A stretch of DNA of 32,000 bases from Megasphaera elsdenii DSM 20460. GTDB lineage: Bacteria > Bacillota > Negativicutes > Veillonellales > Megasphaeraceae. Location: positions 1,500,001-1,532,000 of the forward strand of contig NZ_CP027570.1 in NCBI RefSeq assembly GCF_003010495.1. The letters run 5' to 3'. The translations under genes were made by a program, and so were the position numbers. Numbering within the stretch: position 1 is the first letter of the stretch; every line of letters begins with the position of its first letter. Shown in pieces: positions 21,773-31,414 of the stretch. A model generated the notes under the pieces. It did no database searches. It saw only the letters and a list, made by a program, of their open reading frames with translations, and was not told the origin of the DNA.

Positions 21773-23236
21773 ATGCGCATGATTACTTATAATGGCAATG
21801 GCGGTATGGATACGCTTGCCGTCGGCATCAATCGGCGCTTGTCGACGCTGCGTCAGTTGCCCAAGGATGATGTCATGGTCATCCGGGCTTATGTTGAACA
21901 GCATCCGGAGGTGTTACCATATACATCCCTCCATGTCTTCCATTTCCTGTCGGATGGTCAGGCTAAGACATATTTCCTCATCGGCCTGGAAGGGAAGCCC
22001 ATCCGTTATTCGACGTATGAAGATTTCCGTATGGCCCGGCGCCTCATGGCAGCGGCTATGAAGGAAGGCGTCAGCGAGTTGGCTGTCATGGCTGATACCC
22101 TGGATATGGATCTGGGCTCCCTCATCGATGGCCTGCTGTACCGCAATTATGAATTTACCCGCTATAAACGCCAGGCTAAGAGCCGGACCATTGGCAATAT
22201 CAATATCCTGACCCATAGCCTGCGGCCGAAGGAATTCAATTCTATGTGCTATATGTATACTTCGGTCTATGAAGGCATCTATACCGCCAGGGATCTGGTC
22301 AACATGCCGTCGAACGATTTGACGCCGCGCAAGTTCGCCGACATCGTCGGCGGGATGCTCAAGGGCGATAATATCCTCATTGAGAACCTCAATAAGTGGA
22401 CTTTGGAAAAACGCCATATGGGCGGCATCGTCGCCGTCGGCAAGGGCAGCATGAATCCGCCGCAGCTCTTGTCCATCGCCTATCAGGGGGACCCTAACAG
22501 CCGGGAAGTCCTGGGCATCGTCGGCAAGGGCGTCACCTATGACAGCGGCGGCTTGTCCCTTAAAAGTCATGCCAATCTGGAATTTATGAAGGACGATATG
22601 GCTGGGGCCGCAGCGGCTGTCGGTGTCATGCGGGCGTTGATGCTGCTCAAGTATCCCGTCAATGTCCTGGCGGTCATCCCGCTGGTCGAAAATATTCCTT
22701 CCGGTATGGCCTATCATGTCGATGATATCCTGACCATGTATAATGGCAAGACCGTAGAAGTCAAGAATACCGATGCCGAAGGAAGGCTCATCCTGGCCGA
22801 CGCCCTGACGTATGCCCAGGAAAAAGGGGCGACGCGCCTCATCGACCTGGCGACTTTGACCGGCGCCTGCGTGACGGCTTTGGGGACTGTCCGGACGGGC
22901 ATGATCGGCAACGACCAGGAGTGGATGAACCATTTCTTCCAGGCCGCTACGGAAGTCCACGAAAAGATATGGCAGCTGCCGGCTGATGAAGAATATGAAA
23001 AGCTCCTGGAAAGCGACGTAGCCGATTTGAAGAACGTCGGCGGTCCCGAAGCCGGCGCGATTACGGCAGGCCTCTTCCTCAAGCAGTTCGTCCACGACGG
23101 CACGCCGTGGATCCACTTGGATATTGCCGGTCCGGCTTTCAATGAAAAAGCCGATGAAACGGGCCTCATCGGGGCGACCGGCGTCGGCATCAAATCGATT
23201 CTTCATTTATTACAGGGAGGCTTCCCATGCTCGTAG
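21773..23236 (+). CDS. pepA: Leucyl aminopeptidase (M17 family)
   Basis: 487 aa. VGKGVTYDSGGLSLK and the M17 signature NTDAEGRLILADAL are present. The start could be ATG 21773 or ATG 21779. Confidence 0.9.
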   Translation: MRMITYNGNGGMDTLAVGINRRLSTLRQLPKDDVMVIRAYVEQHPEVLPYTSLHVFHFLSDGQAKTYFLIGLEGKPIRYSTYEDFRMARRLMAAAMKEGVSELAVMADTLDMDLGSLIDGLLYRNYEFTRYKRQAKSRTIGNINILTHSLRPKEFNSMCYMYTSVYEGIYTARDLVNMPSNDLTPRKFADIVGGMLKGDNILIENLNKWTLEKRHMGGIVAVGKGSMNPPQLLSIAYQGDPNSREVLGIVGKGVTYDSGGLSLKSHANLEFMKDDMAGAAAAVGVMRALMLLKYPVNVLAVIPLVENIPSGMAYHVDDILTMYNGKTVEVKNTDAEGRLILADALTYAQEKGATRLIDLATLTGACVTALGTVRTGMIGNDQEWMNHFFQAATEVHEKIWQLPADEEYEKLLESDVADLKNVGGPEAGAITAGLFLKQFVHDGTPWIHLDIAGPAFNEKADETGLIGATGVGIKSILHLLQGGFPCS

Positions 23237-24033
23237 ACTTACACATGCACACGACCTGCTCCGATGGTGTCTATACACCGGAGCAGCTGACCCGGATGGC
23301 TGTCGATGCCAAGCTCAGTGTCATGGCCATTTCTGACCACGATACCGTCGCCGCCTATGATGGCAGCCATTCTTTTGCGCCAGGCGTCCGCGTCATCCCG
23401 GCTATTGAAATCAGTTCGGAATGTGACGGCGAAGATGTCCATATCCTGGGGTACGGCATTGATACGGCTGATGAAGGGCTGCAGGCTTACTGCGCCCAGT
23501 TCAAGGAACGGCGCTTCAACAGGGCCTTGGAAATCGTCGACCGCTGCCGGGCGCTTGGTTATGATATCGACCGCAGCGCCATCGAAGCGACGCTGCGACA
23601 GGGCGGCACCGTCGGCCGGCCCCATATTGCCCGCCAGCTCGTGGCCAAAGGCTATTTCCCGGACGTCAAGACGGTCTTTGATAAGCTCCTCTATCGCGGG
23701 GGTCCAGCCTACGTGCCGTATCACCGCCGCAGCATCGACGACTGTGTCGCCCTTATCCGCCAGGCCGGGGGCATTGCCGTCCTGGCCCATCCGGGACTGC
23801 TCAAGCGGACGCTGGACCAGGTCCTGGCCCATGACTTTGACGGCGTCGAAGTCTATCACCCCAAGAACCGCGGCCGTTATAAGGAATTTTTGAAACTGGC
23901 CGAGGACCGTCATTGGTACGTCAGCGGCGGCTCTGATTTCCACGGCACGACAGGGCGCTTCCCGGAAAAGGTCGGCGTTTTCACCGTCGATGCCCAAGCT
24001 GTAAAAGCCTTACTGAATGATGTAAAAGGATAA
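23227..24033 (+). CDS. PHP-domain metal-dependent phosphoesterase (TrpH/YciV-like)
   Basis: 268 aa. MLVDLHMHTTCSDG, ISDHDT, ...AHP...EVYHP... and GGSDFHG are typical PHP metal-ligand motifs. It overlaps the pepA end by 10 nt. Confidence 0.85.
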   Translation: MLVDLHMHTTCSDGVYTPEQLTRMAVDAKLSVMAISDHDTVAAYDGSHSFAPGVRVIPAIEISSECDGEDVHILGYGIDTADEGLQAYCAQFKERRFNRALEIVDRCRALGYDIDRSAIEATLRQGGTVGRPHIARQLVAKGYFPDVKTVFDKLLYRGGPAYVPYHRRSIDDCVALIRQAGGIAVLAHPGLLKRTLDQVLAHDFDGVEVYHPKNRGRYKEFLKLAEDRHWYVSGGSDFHGTTGRFPEKVGVFTVDAQAVKALLNDVKG

Positions 24034-24058
24034 GCTTTAAGAAAAGCAGGTGAGATTC

Positions 24059-24892
24059 ATGGAAGTTTTCGGTTTTATTGGGGCCAGTGGTACCGGCAAG
24101 AGCCATCATGCCCTGGTCGTCGCCTATGACCACGATATCCAGACCATCATCGACGACGGCCTGCTCATCGACCACAACCGTATCGTTGCCGGCCGGTCGG
24201 CCAAGGAAGAGACGAACCGCCTGAAGGCCGTGCGCCGGGCCATTTTCAACAAGCCTGAAGATGCAGCAGCCATGCGGGCGGCGTTGGCGAGAGTCCATCC
24301 GCCGAAACTGCTCATCCTGGGGACGTCGAAACACATGATCCACCGCATCTGCCAGGCCTTGGATCTGCCGGAAGCGTCGCAGTTCATCCGCATCGAGGAT
24401 GTATCGTGCCCGTCCGAGATCGCCAAGGCCCGGGCTATCCGCCTGAAAGAAGGCAAGCATATCATCCCCGTGCCGACGATGGAACTGAAGCCCCATTTCC
24501 AGGGCTATCTCCTGGACCCGATACGCTCCTTCTTCTACGGCCGTAACGGCAAGCAGATTTCCAACTTTGAACGATCCGTCGTCCGGCCTGTCTTCAGCTA
24601 TTATGGCAAGCTGACCTTTTCGAACGAAGTACTGGAAGCCTTAGTGCGCCATGCGTTGAAACAAAATGGCGGCGTCACCAAGATCAACCGTCTGCGGGTG
24701 GCCATCAATTACAATTCAACGCGCAACGGCCTGGCTATCATCCTGTCCCTGACCATCGCCTATGGCCAGAACATCAAGAAGCTCATGAGCCGCATCCGCA
24801 AGGCTATCCAGCAGGAAGTAGAATACACGACGGGCATGGCCGTCGAAATCCTCAAGATTACGGTCCGCGGTATTTCCCAGCCGGAACACTAG
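24059..24892 (+). CDS. P-loop NTPase N-terminal domain fused to an Asp23/Gls24-like C-terminal domain
   Basis: The start is taken at ATG 24059, 5 nt after AGGTGAG; the GTG at 24050 lies inside that SD. A Walker A motif GASGTGKS is at residues 10-17. The C-terminal ~110 aa (...VTKINRLRVAI...NGLAIILSLTIAYGQNIKKLMSRIRKAIQQEVEYTTGMAVEILKITVRGI) look like Asp23 family. Confidence 0.6.
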   Translation: MEVFGFIGASGTGKSHHALVVAYDHDIQTIIDDGLLIDHNRIVAGRSAKEETNRLKAVRRAIFNKPEDAAAMRAALARVHPPKLLILGTSKHMIHRICQALDLPEASQFIRIEDVSCPSEIAKARAIRLKEGKHIIPVPTMELKPHFQGYLLDPIRSFFYGRNGKQISNFERSVVRPVFSYYGKLTFSNEVLEALVRHALKQNGGVTKINRLRVAINYNSTRNGLAIILSLTIAYGQNIKKLMSRIRKAIQQEVEYTTGMAVEILKITVRGISQPEH

Positions 24893-26367
24893 GCGTCGCC
24901 GTTTTCTTCTGTCAGGACTGTCATGAGCGGCATGATGAGACCCCGCAGGGCGTCGACATTTTCGGCAGAGAAGCCTTTGTACTGGGGCGAACGGCTCAGG
25001 TCGTCGAAGAACTCATGCATACAGGTGATGAGCTGAGGGTTGTTGAGCAAGTAAATCGGTTTGGTCTGCGGCAGGATGTGGTGCGTGTTCTTTTTTAAGA
25101 AAGCTGACGTGTAGTTGCCGTAAAAGGCGAGATTAGAAAAATTCGTATAACTGCTTTCTCCCGGTGCCGGGAGGAGAATCCCACAGGTAATGGCCGGGTT
25201 CTTCTTCATCTTTTCAACGATGAGGTTGAGCTGGGCCTTTCTTTCGTCTGGCGTCATTTGGTAGTTCATGTCGGTCAGGTAGAAACAGCCCGTTTCCAGG
25301 TAGCGGATGATAGAATTTTTGGGCATAATGATTTTCATGCGGCCCTGCTCGATGATGCGGTACCAGATGTACTGGATGCGGCGGACCCATTCTTTAGTGG
25401 CGTTAGGGTATTTCCCTTTGTCGACGAGCTGGCACAGGGACGTATAGACTTCGTCGGGGAGGAGAAATTCCAGGCCATTCGTCAGGAAAAAGAGGTACTT
25501 ATTGGACGTAAAGAAGATGTCCCGGTAGCCAAAGCGTTCCATGCCCAGCGTTTGGCGGGGTTCCATGAGGACCGGCTGGACCATCATATAGGCGCAGCAT
25601 TTCTTATAGATTTCCCGGACTTGGACCGGGTCGGTGATGGTCAGGCACATGTCGATGTAATCGTCGCCGTCGACGTAATAGAGGTAGGCGAAGGCATCTT
25701 TGAGGACGATGATGTTGCGGTACGACTCGTGATTGATTTCATGCATGGTGAAATTATAAGTCAGCAGATGGTCCAGGCACTGGTAGAGGCTGCTGACGGA
25801 TTGGGGCATGTGGGCGGCGAAGACATCCATTTTCAGGCCTAAGTGGACATCACAGGACCAGTGGTCATTGTGACATTCTTCCAGAATCTGCCAGATGCCA
25901 TTCTGGTCGAGGACGTGGAACTGGCCGGTCATGACCAGCATCCCCTGAGACGGGAGGCCTTCGATGTATTGGTGGAGGAGCTGGCGCAGGGCCGTGTGGC
26001 AGTCCGCACGGCCGGCATAGAAATGGATAGCTTGGTCGCGGTTTTCATTTTTTCCCGTCTTGATCTGGGCCTGGCGATAGGCCTGGCTGAGCAGCCCGTA
26101 GAGATGGAACGCCAGATCCTGGCCGTCGTCGGCAAAGGAGAAGATACGGTTCAAGTCGTCTTCCTGGTGCTGTTTCTGGGCGGTATCGGCAAAGAAGCGG
26201 GCCATGTCTTCGTGGATGCGATCGGCGTGGCGCGAAGCCGGCAGGCGGGCGCCGTTGACCCATTTGCTGATATAGGACATGTCGTAGTCGATAGCCTGGG
26301 ATAAGGTCGTATATTTCGTCTCCGTGTATTGCAGCAGCTGCTTGAGGACTTCTGCATAAGGATTCAT
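24889..26367 (-). CDS. Transcriptional regulator with N-terminal XRE-type HTH and a large uncharacterised C-terminal domain
   Basis: The start is taken at ATG 26367 (MNPYAEVLKQLLQYTETKYTTLSQAIDYDMSYISKWVNGARLP), about 8 nt after AAAGGGG, giving 492 aa. It diverges from the CoA-transferase gene. Confidence 0.6.
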   Translation of the reverse strand: MNPYAEVLKQLLQYTETKYTTLSQAIDYDMSYISKWVNGARLPASRHADRIHEDMARFFADTAQKQHQEDDLNRIFSFADDGQDLAFHLYGLLSQAYRQAQIKTGKNENRDQAIHFYAGRADCHTALRQLLHQYIEGLPSQGMLVMTGQFHVLDQNGIWQILEECHNDHWSCDVHLGLKMDVFAAHMPQSVSSLYQCLDHLLTYNFTMHEINHESYRNIIVLKDAFAYLYYVDGDDYIDMCLTITDPVQVREIYKKCCAYMMVQPVLMEPRQTLGMERFGYRDIFFTSNKYLFFLTNGLEFLLPDEVYTSLCQLVDKGKYPNATKEWVRRIQYIWYRIIEQGRMKIIMPKNSIIRYLETGCFYLTDMNYQMTPDERKAQLNLIVEKMKKNPAITCGILLPAPGESSYTNFSNLAFYGNYTSAFLKKNTHHILPQTKPIYLLNNPQLITCMHEFFDDLSRSPQYKGFSAENVDALRGLIMPLMTVLTEENGDA

Positions 26368-26613
26368 AACTAAGACCCCTTTGATGGTAAAATTGAATGT
26401 GTGTATATTCTTTATATTCATTATATAGCTGCGGCGGGACACCTTCAAGGAAAGACCTTGTCACGTTTGTCATCTTTCGGGCAACTTTTTCATCTTTTGT
26501 CACGGCTTTGTGCGTATTTTTCAAGGGAAAACAGGGCTATACTAAAGTCAGAAGATGAGAAGAAAAAGAGCTCATCGAAGATAAGCAAGGCAATCTATAA
26601 GGAGGGAGTCATC

Positions 26614-28164
26614 ATGGCAAAACTGATTACAGCAGAAAATGCAGCATCGCTTATTAAGAATCGTTCGACTATCGCCGTTTGTGGTTTTGCACAGTGTGCA
26701 TTACCGGAAGAAGTATTGCAGGCCCTGGAAGACCGCTTTACCAAGACCGGATATCCGCAGCAGCTGACACTGGTCCATACAGCCGGCATCGGTGACGGTG
26801 TGAGCAAAGGTGCCAGCCATTTCGCCCATGAAGGCATGCTGAAACGGGTCATTGCCGGTCATTATAACCTGGCTCCCAAACTGGGTAAATTGGTCATGGA
26901 CAACAAGGTCGAAGGCTATAACCTGCCGCAGGGTACGATGGCTCAGTGGTTCCGCAGCATTGCCGGCCGCAAGCCGGGCCTCTTCACCCGCGTCGGCCTC
27001 AATACGTTCGTCGACCCCCGCATTGAAGGCGGTAAATTGAACAGCATCACCAAGGAAGACCTGGTAGAAGTGAAGGAATTGGATGGTGAAGAATACTTGT
27101 GGTACAAACCGTTCCCCATTGACGTCGCTATCGTCCACGGGACTTGTGCCGACTTGAACGGTAACGTATCGACGGATAACGAAGAAGTCCGCATGGAGCT
27201 CCTGCCCATGGCCCTGGCAGCCAAAGCCAGCGGCGGCATGGTCATCGTCCAGGTCGAAACGTTGGCCGAAAACCGGACGATTCCGCCGAAACACGTCGTC
27301 CTGCCGGGCATCGACGTCGACTACATCGTCTTGTCCAAGGTCCGTCAGGTCCAGAACCCGGCCTATACCGGTGAAATGCGTATGCCTCTGTCCCAGATTC
27401 CGCCGATGGCACTCAACGCCCGTAAGGTCATTGCCCGCCGGGCTGCGATGGAACTCGTACCCAACGCCGTCGTCAACTTGGGCATCGGGATTCCGGAAGG
27501 CGTCTCCAGTGTAGCCAATGAAGAAGGTATCGGCGATCAGCTGACACTGACTGTCGAAGCCGGACCGATTGGCGGTGTACCGGCCAGCGGCGCTGACTTT
27601 GGCGGATCGGCCAACGCCGATGCAATCGTCGACCATCCGTATCAGTTCGACTTTTACGATGGCGGCGGGCTGGACATGGCTTTCCTGGGCATGGCTGAAT
27701 GTAACGCCAAAGGCGATGTCAATGTCAGTAAGTTCAAAGACCGCATCGCCGGCTGTGGCGGTTTCATCAACATCACCCAGAACACGCATAAAGTCGTCTT
27801 CTGCGGTACCTTCACGGCTAAAGGCCTGCGCGAAGAAATCCGCGACGGCAAACTGGTCATCATCCATGAAGGGGCTGTCCAGAAATTCATCGATAAGGTC
27901 GGCCAGATTACTTTCAGTGCTGACTATGCTCACAAACATAATCAGCAGGTCATGTTCATTACCGAACGCTGCGTCTTCGTCCTCACCGACAAAGGCCTGG
28001 TCCTCACGGAAATCGCACCGGGCGTGGATCTGCAAAAGGATATCCTCGACCAGATGGAATTCGTGCCGCACATTGCCGAAGACCTGAAGACCATGGACGA
28101 ACGAATCTTCCGCGATGAACCCATGGGCCTGGCGCAGGACATCTTTGAACAGCAAGCCAGCTAG
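26614..28164 (+). CDS. pct: Acyl-CoA:acetate/propionate CoA-transferase (propionate CoA-transferase-like)
   Basis: The start is taken at ATG 26614 after AAGGAGGGAG, giving 516 aa. The product is collinear with family I CoA-transferases such as clostridial Pct: ...GHYNLAPKLGKLVMDNKVEGYNLPQGT..., VNLGIGIPEGV, QFDFYDGGGLDMAFLG, GDVNVSKF...GCGGFINI, ITERCVF. Confidence 0.85.
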   Translation: MAKLITAENAASLIKNRSTIAVCGFAQCALPEEVLQALEDRFTKTGYPQQLTLVHTAGIGDGVSKGASHFAHEGMLKRVIAGHYNLAPKLGKLVMDNKVEGYNLPQGTMAQWFRSIAGRKPGLFTRVGLNTFVDPRIEGGKLNSITKEDLVEVKELDGEEYLWYKPFPIDVAIVHGTCADLNGNVSTDNEEVRMELLPMALAAKASGGMVIVQVETLAENRTIPPKHVVLPGIDVDYIVLSKVRQVQNPAYTGEMRMPLSQIPPMALNARKVIARRAAMELVPNAVVNLGIGIPEGVSSVANEEGIGDQLTLTVEAGPIGGVPASGADFGGSANADAIVDHPYQFDFYDGGGLDMAFLGMAECNAKGDVNVSKFKDRIAGCGGFINITQNTHKVVFCGTFTAKGLREEIRDGKLVIIHEGAVQKFIDKVGQITFSADYAHKHNQQVMFITERCVFVLTDKGLVLTEIAPGVDLQKDILDQMEFVPHIAEDLKTMDERIFRDEPMGLAQDIFEQQAS

Positions 28165-28193
28165 GGACCATTGGAGAGTCATCACTGTAAACC

Positions 28194-28230
28194 AAAAAAG
28201 GGGCTGTCGCATGTGCGACAACCCCTTTTT
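28194..28230. terminator. Bidirectional intrinsic terminator
   Basis: The sequence is AAAAAA-GGGGCTGTCG-CATGTG-CGACAACCCC-TTTTT: a 10-bp stem with one mismatch, between convergent genes. Confidence 0.7.
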
Positions 28231-28247
28231 ATATGAGCTGCGAGATA

Positions 28248-28652
28248 TTATTTAGCTGCAGCTTTTTTTGCTTCGGCTTTGGCCAGGAACGGTGCCGATT
28301 CGATGATGAAGCGGTCGTGGGTAGCTTCGCCTACGAGGCCGGCTTCGTCGTGAGCTTCGATTTTGAAGGTGAGTTTTTTACGGTCCTGTTCGACCAAGGT
28401 AGCTTTGGCGGTGACGGTCAGGCCAATCGGAGTAGCTGCGACGTGTTTGACGTTCATGGCAATGCCGACGGTGTTATAGCCTTCCGGGAGCTGAGGATCG
28501 CAGGCGTTGATGGCTGCGTTTTCCATGAGGGCTACCAGGGCCGGTGTGGCATAGACCGGGGATTTGCCGCTGCCTAATTTAATGGCCGTGTTGTTTTCTG
28601 TGCATTTTTCGGAAACTTCTGCTGTCGAGTTCGCTTTGATGTTGAATTCCAT
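28248..28652 (-). CDS. Hotdog-fold thioesterase (FlK-like family)
   Basis: 134 aa, RBS AGGAGG. ...LGSGKSPVYATPALVALMENAA...NTVGIAMNVKHVAATPIGLTVTAKATLVEQDRKKLTFKIEAHDEAGLVGEATHDRFII matches the thioesterase pattern. Confidence 0.7.
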   Translation of the reverse strand: MEFNIKANSTAEVSEKCTENNTAIKLGSGKSPVYATPALVALMENAAINACDPQLPEGYNTVGIAMNVKHVAATPIGLTVTAKATLVEQDRKKLTFKIEAHDEAGLVGEATHDRFIIESAPFLAKAEAKKAAAK

Positions 28653-28812
28653 AGTGGTATAACCTCCTAAGTAAATGGGAATATGCCTGAATCGTATAGA
28701 TTGAGGCGATTTACATAACTATATCATATCATACTTTCCTCTTTTTTGACAGAAAAAGCGTCATAGGATACAATGAACATGTTACTGTTTGAGAAAAACG
28801 AGGAGTGAAATT

Positions 28813-29490
28813 ATGAGAATCAAAGCTATTTTGCTGATGGCAGCGGCTGTCCTGTCGATTGGGACGGCATCGCTGGCCAAGGATAAAGGGACGATGACTA
28901 AGTTCCCCAACTGGGGCATCATCACAGTGCCCGATGATATCTACATGCAGTCCGGACGGCAGCCCATGCTGACGGCAGCGGATGAAGGGAATGACGTCAT
29001 CGCATTGTTTGAAAAAATCTTCCCAATCCAGCCGGAAACGTATCAGGTCGTCAAGAAAGATGATGCCGATTTCCAGTACGCCTATTTGCTGCACTATACG
29101 GCGACGATTTGGGATGTCAAAGCCGCTGTCTACGGGGAGAACCGGGAAAATTCCTACCTCCGCGATATCGGCAGCCGGCCGGATATGCGGACCCTCATGA
29201 ACCGGCTGAATCAGAATATGCCGGGGCGCCTGCCGCAGGGCTTCCGCGTCGTAGCACCAGTGACGGCGAAGAAGACCAATGGTCATCTCTTTTATGAATG
29301 GACCATCGCCAAATCACTGGTCATCAATGGCAATCCCTTTACGGAAACGATTCACTGCCTGGCCTGGCAGCACGGCGATACGATGGAAGTTGCCGCCATC
29401 CTCGGCAACATCGCCAAAGAAGGCGATGACGACATCATCAGCGCCGTCACGGATATGTTGAAAAACGCAGAAAAAATGCCGAAGAAATAG
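28813..29490 (+). CDS. Secreted protein of unknown function (Sec signal peptide)
   Basis: The start is taken at ATG 28813 after GAGGAG. MRIKAILLMAAAVLSIGTASLA/KDKG looks like a cleavable signal peptide. No Cys is present, so it is not a lipoprotein. Confidence 0.6.
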   Translation: MRIKAILLMAAAVLSIGTASLAKDKGTMTKFPNWGIITVPDDIYMQSGRQPMLTAADEGNDVIALFEKIFPIQPETYQVVKKDDADFQYAYLLHYTATIWDVKAAVYGENRENSYLRDIGSRPDMRTLMNRLNQNMPGRLPQGFRVVAPVTAKKTNGHLFYEWTIAKSLVINGNPFTETIHCLAWQHGDTMEVAAILGNIAKEGDDDIISAVTDMLKNAEKMPKK

Positions 29491-29580
29491 TTTGTAGTTT
29501 GGCGTCAAATATCCAGGCGGGCCGCCCTTTGGGACGGCCCCTACGAACTGCTAGCCACTAACCACTAGCCGCTAACCACT

Positions 29581-29618
29581 AAAAAAAGTCCTGTCGCTAT
29601 GCGACAGGACTTTTTTTT
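29581..29618. terminator. Bidirectional intrinsic terminator
   Basis: The sequence is AAAAAAA-GTCCTGTCGC-TAT-GCGACAGGAC-TTTTTTTT: a perfect 10-bp stem. The T-run overlaps the alsS stop codon. Confidence 0.75.
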
Positions 29619-31272
29619 ACAACGTTTTCATCAGTTCTTCCAGATGTTCTGTGAGTTTCATGTTTTCTGAGTAGTCGACGGGGCAGTCGATGATGACGGG
29701 TTTATCCTGCTGGAAGGCTTTTTTCAGGGTCGGCAGGAGGTCTTCGGTCTTTTCGATGCGGTAGCCGATGGCGTGGAAGCTTTCGGCCATTTTTACGAAG
29801 TCCGGGTTGGTGAAGTCAACGTACTGGTGATGGCCATACTGCATATCCTGTTTCCATTTGATCAGGCCATAGCTGCAGTCGTTGAAGATGAGGGTGACGA
29901 AGTTCGTGCCCAGGCGGTAAGCCGTTTCAAATTCCTGAACGTTCATCAGGAAACCTGCGTCGCCGGTGATAGCTAGGATTTTCTTATCGGGATGGACGAG
30001 TTTGGCCGAAATGGCACCGGGGACGGCAATGCCCATGGTGGCGAAACCGTTGGAGATGAGGCAGGTGTTCGGTTCGTAGCAGTTGTAATGACGGGCAATC
30101 CAGACTTTATTGGCACCGACGTCGGAAATGACGATATCGTCCTTGCCCATGATGCGGCGGCAGTCGATGAGGGCTTTCTGCGGTTTGACCGGGAAGGACA
30201 TGTCGTGGGCGTAGCTTTCGTGTTCGTCGACCATTTTCTGACGGAGATCGAGGAACTGTTTCGGTTCAGCCAGGCGGGCGGCTTTGGCCATGATGCGTTC
30301 CAACGAGTTGGGGATGTTGCCGACGACTTCGACTTCCGGCTGGTAGTTCTTGTTGATATCGGCCGGCATGGTGTCGATGTGGATGATGTCGGCATTGGTC
30401 AAATGCCATTTGGCCGGGGCATATTCGATGATGTCATAGCCGACGGCGATGACCAGGCTGGCTTTTTCCAGCATCTTGGTCTGATAGTCGTCCATGGGGA
30501 TGCCGACGGTCCACATGGAATATTTATTGTCAAAGGGGATGGCGCCTTTGGCCATCATGGTATTGATGACGGGGAGCTTCAATTTTTCTGCGAAAGCCGT
30601 GAGCTGCTTGGCCGCTTTGCTGCGGATGACGCCGCTGCCGGCCAGGATGACCGGGTTCTTGGCATAGGAAATCATGGAAGCGGCCGCTTCGATTTGCGAT
30701 TCCAGAGCCGTTTCCGGCAGGATCGTCTTATGCTGTAATGGTTTTTCGTCGTCGGCGACGGGCATCTTGCTGATGTTGACCGGCAAGTCGATGAAGGTCG
30801 CACCGGGTTTTTCCCGTTCGGCATATTTGAAGGCCAGGCGGGTGATTTCAGCCATTGTGTCCGGGCGGACAACGGTATAGGCCCGGCGGGTGATCGGTTC
30901 GAACATGGCCCGCAGGTCGAGGTACTGATGGGCGGTGATGTGCATTTTATCGGTACCGACCTGGCCGGAAATGGCGACCAGCGGGGCCCCGTCGCAGTCG
31001 GCATCGGCGACGCCAGTAATCAGGTTGGTAGCACCAGGCCCGAGGGTAGCCATGCAGACGCCGGCTTTGCCGGTCAGACGGCCGTAGACGTCGGCCATGA
31101 AAGCGGCGCCCTGTTCGTGGCGGACGGTGATAAATTCAATCTTCGAATGTTCCAGGGCATCCATGACGGCGAGGTTTTCTTCACCGGGGATGCCGAAAAT
31201 ATAATGGACGCCTTCTTCTTCCAGACATTCGACGAGTAAGTCGGCGGTGTTGCGCGTCTTCTTTTGTTCCAT
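29617..31272 (-). CDS. alsS: Catabolic acetolactate synthase (TPP-dependent)
   Basis: The start is taken at ATG 31272, 8 nt after AAAGGAG, giving 551 aa. The product is collinear with AlsS/BudB: ADLLVECLEEEGVHYIFGIPGEENL, RHEQGAAFMADVYGRLTGK, ATLGPGATNL, TPP motif ITGDAGFLMNVQE...NDCSYG, C-terminus IIDCPVDYSEN. Confidence 0.85.
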   Translation of the reverse strand: MEQKKTRNTADLLVECLEEEGVHYIFGIPGEENLAVMDALEHSKIEFITVRHEQGAAFMADVYGRLTGKAGVCMATLGPGATNLITGVADADCDGAPLVAISGQVGTDKMHITAHQYLDLRAMFEPITRRAYTVVRPDTMAEITRLAFKYAEREKPGATFIDLPVNISKMPVADDEKPLQHKTILPETALESQIEAAASMISYAKNPVILAGSGVIRSKAAKQLTAFAEKLKLPVINTMMAKGAIPFDNKYSMWTVGIPMDDYQTKMLEKASLVIAVGYDIIEYAPAKWHLTNADIIHIDTMPADINKNYQPEVEVVGNIPNSLERIMAKAARLAEPKQFLDLRQKMVDEHESYAHDMSFPVKPQKALIDCRRIMGKDDIVISDVGANKVWIARHYNCYEPNTCLISNGFATMGIAVPGAISAKLVHPDKKILAITGDAGFLMNVQEFETAYRLGTNFVTLIFNDCSYGLIKWKQDMQYGHHQYVDFTNPDFVKMAESFHAIGYRIEKTEDLLPTLKKAFQQDKPVIIDCPVDYSENMKLTEHLEELMKTL

Positions 31273-31327
31273 GGTGTGCACTCCTTTGACGATAGATGGA
31301 TGAGTTGAAATTCGTGTTGCAACCTGT

Positions 31328-31356
31328 ATTATAATATGGTATAGCTTGTTTTTCAA
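31328..31356 (-). promoter_or_regulatory. alsS promoter (TTGAAA-17-TATAAT)
   Basis: On the minus strand, -35 TTGAAA is at 31356-31351 and -10 TATAAT at 31333-31328, about 55 nt upstream of the alsS ATG. Confidence 0.6.
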
Positions 31357-31379
31357 CATATTTAAGGGAAGCGATGTGC

Positions 31380-31408
31380 TTGCCTTTTTTAGGATTTCAC
31401 GTTATACT
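31380..31408 (+). promoter_or_regulatory. Candidate promoter (TTGCCT-17-TATACT) for a short non-coding transcript
   Basis: -35 is at 31380-31385 and -10 at 31403-31408. No ORF follows before the terminator at 31472-31501. Confidence 0.45.
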
Positions 31409-31414
31409 AAAAAC

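Noticed and set aside
21914-23997. Minus-strand ORFs 21914-23206 (430 aa) and 23239-23997 (252 aa), plus the + strand alternative-frame ORF 23306-23893.
   Set aside because: They are shadow ORFs opposite or within pepA and the PHP gene, both of which have unambiguous catalytic motifs on the + strand in the called frames.
25258-28221. ORFs 25258-25842 and 25843-26304 (+), 26045-26524 (-) and 26701-28221 (-, 506 aa). Also the 5' extensions 26401-26613 (pct) and 26368-26448 (regulator).
   Set aside because: They are antisense or alternative-frame shadows of the regulator and CoA-transferase genes. The extensions lack an SD and run through the divergent promoter region, while internal ATGs with strong SDs give canonical N-termini.
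29551-29578. Two tandem 14-bp units (CTAGCCACTAACCA / CTAGCCGCTAACCA) between two terminators. Also a shared CTGTCGC...GCGACA core in the terminators at 28200-28225 and 29588-29610.
   Set aside because: These are too short and too few to call a repeat family or a regulatory site from one window. They are probably intergenic slippage and convergent terminator design. A genome-wide count would be needed.
29992-31359. + strand ORFs inside alsS (29992-30738 and 30928-31239), and the 29-aa N-terminal extension of alsS up to 31359.
   Set aside because: alsS homology on the minus strand is continuous. The extension crosses the mapped -10/-35 region, and the ATG at 31272 has AAAGGAG upstream.
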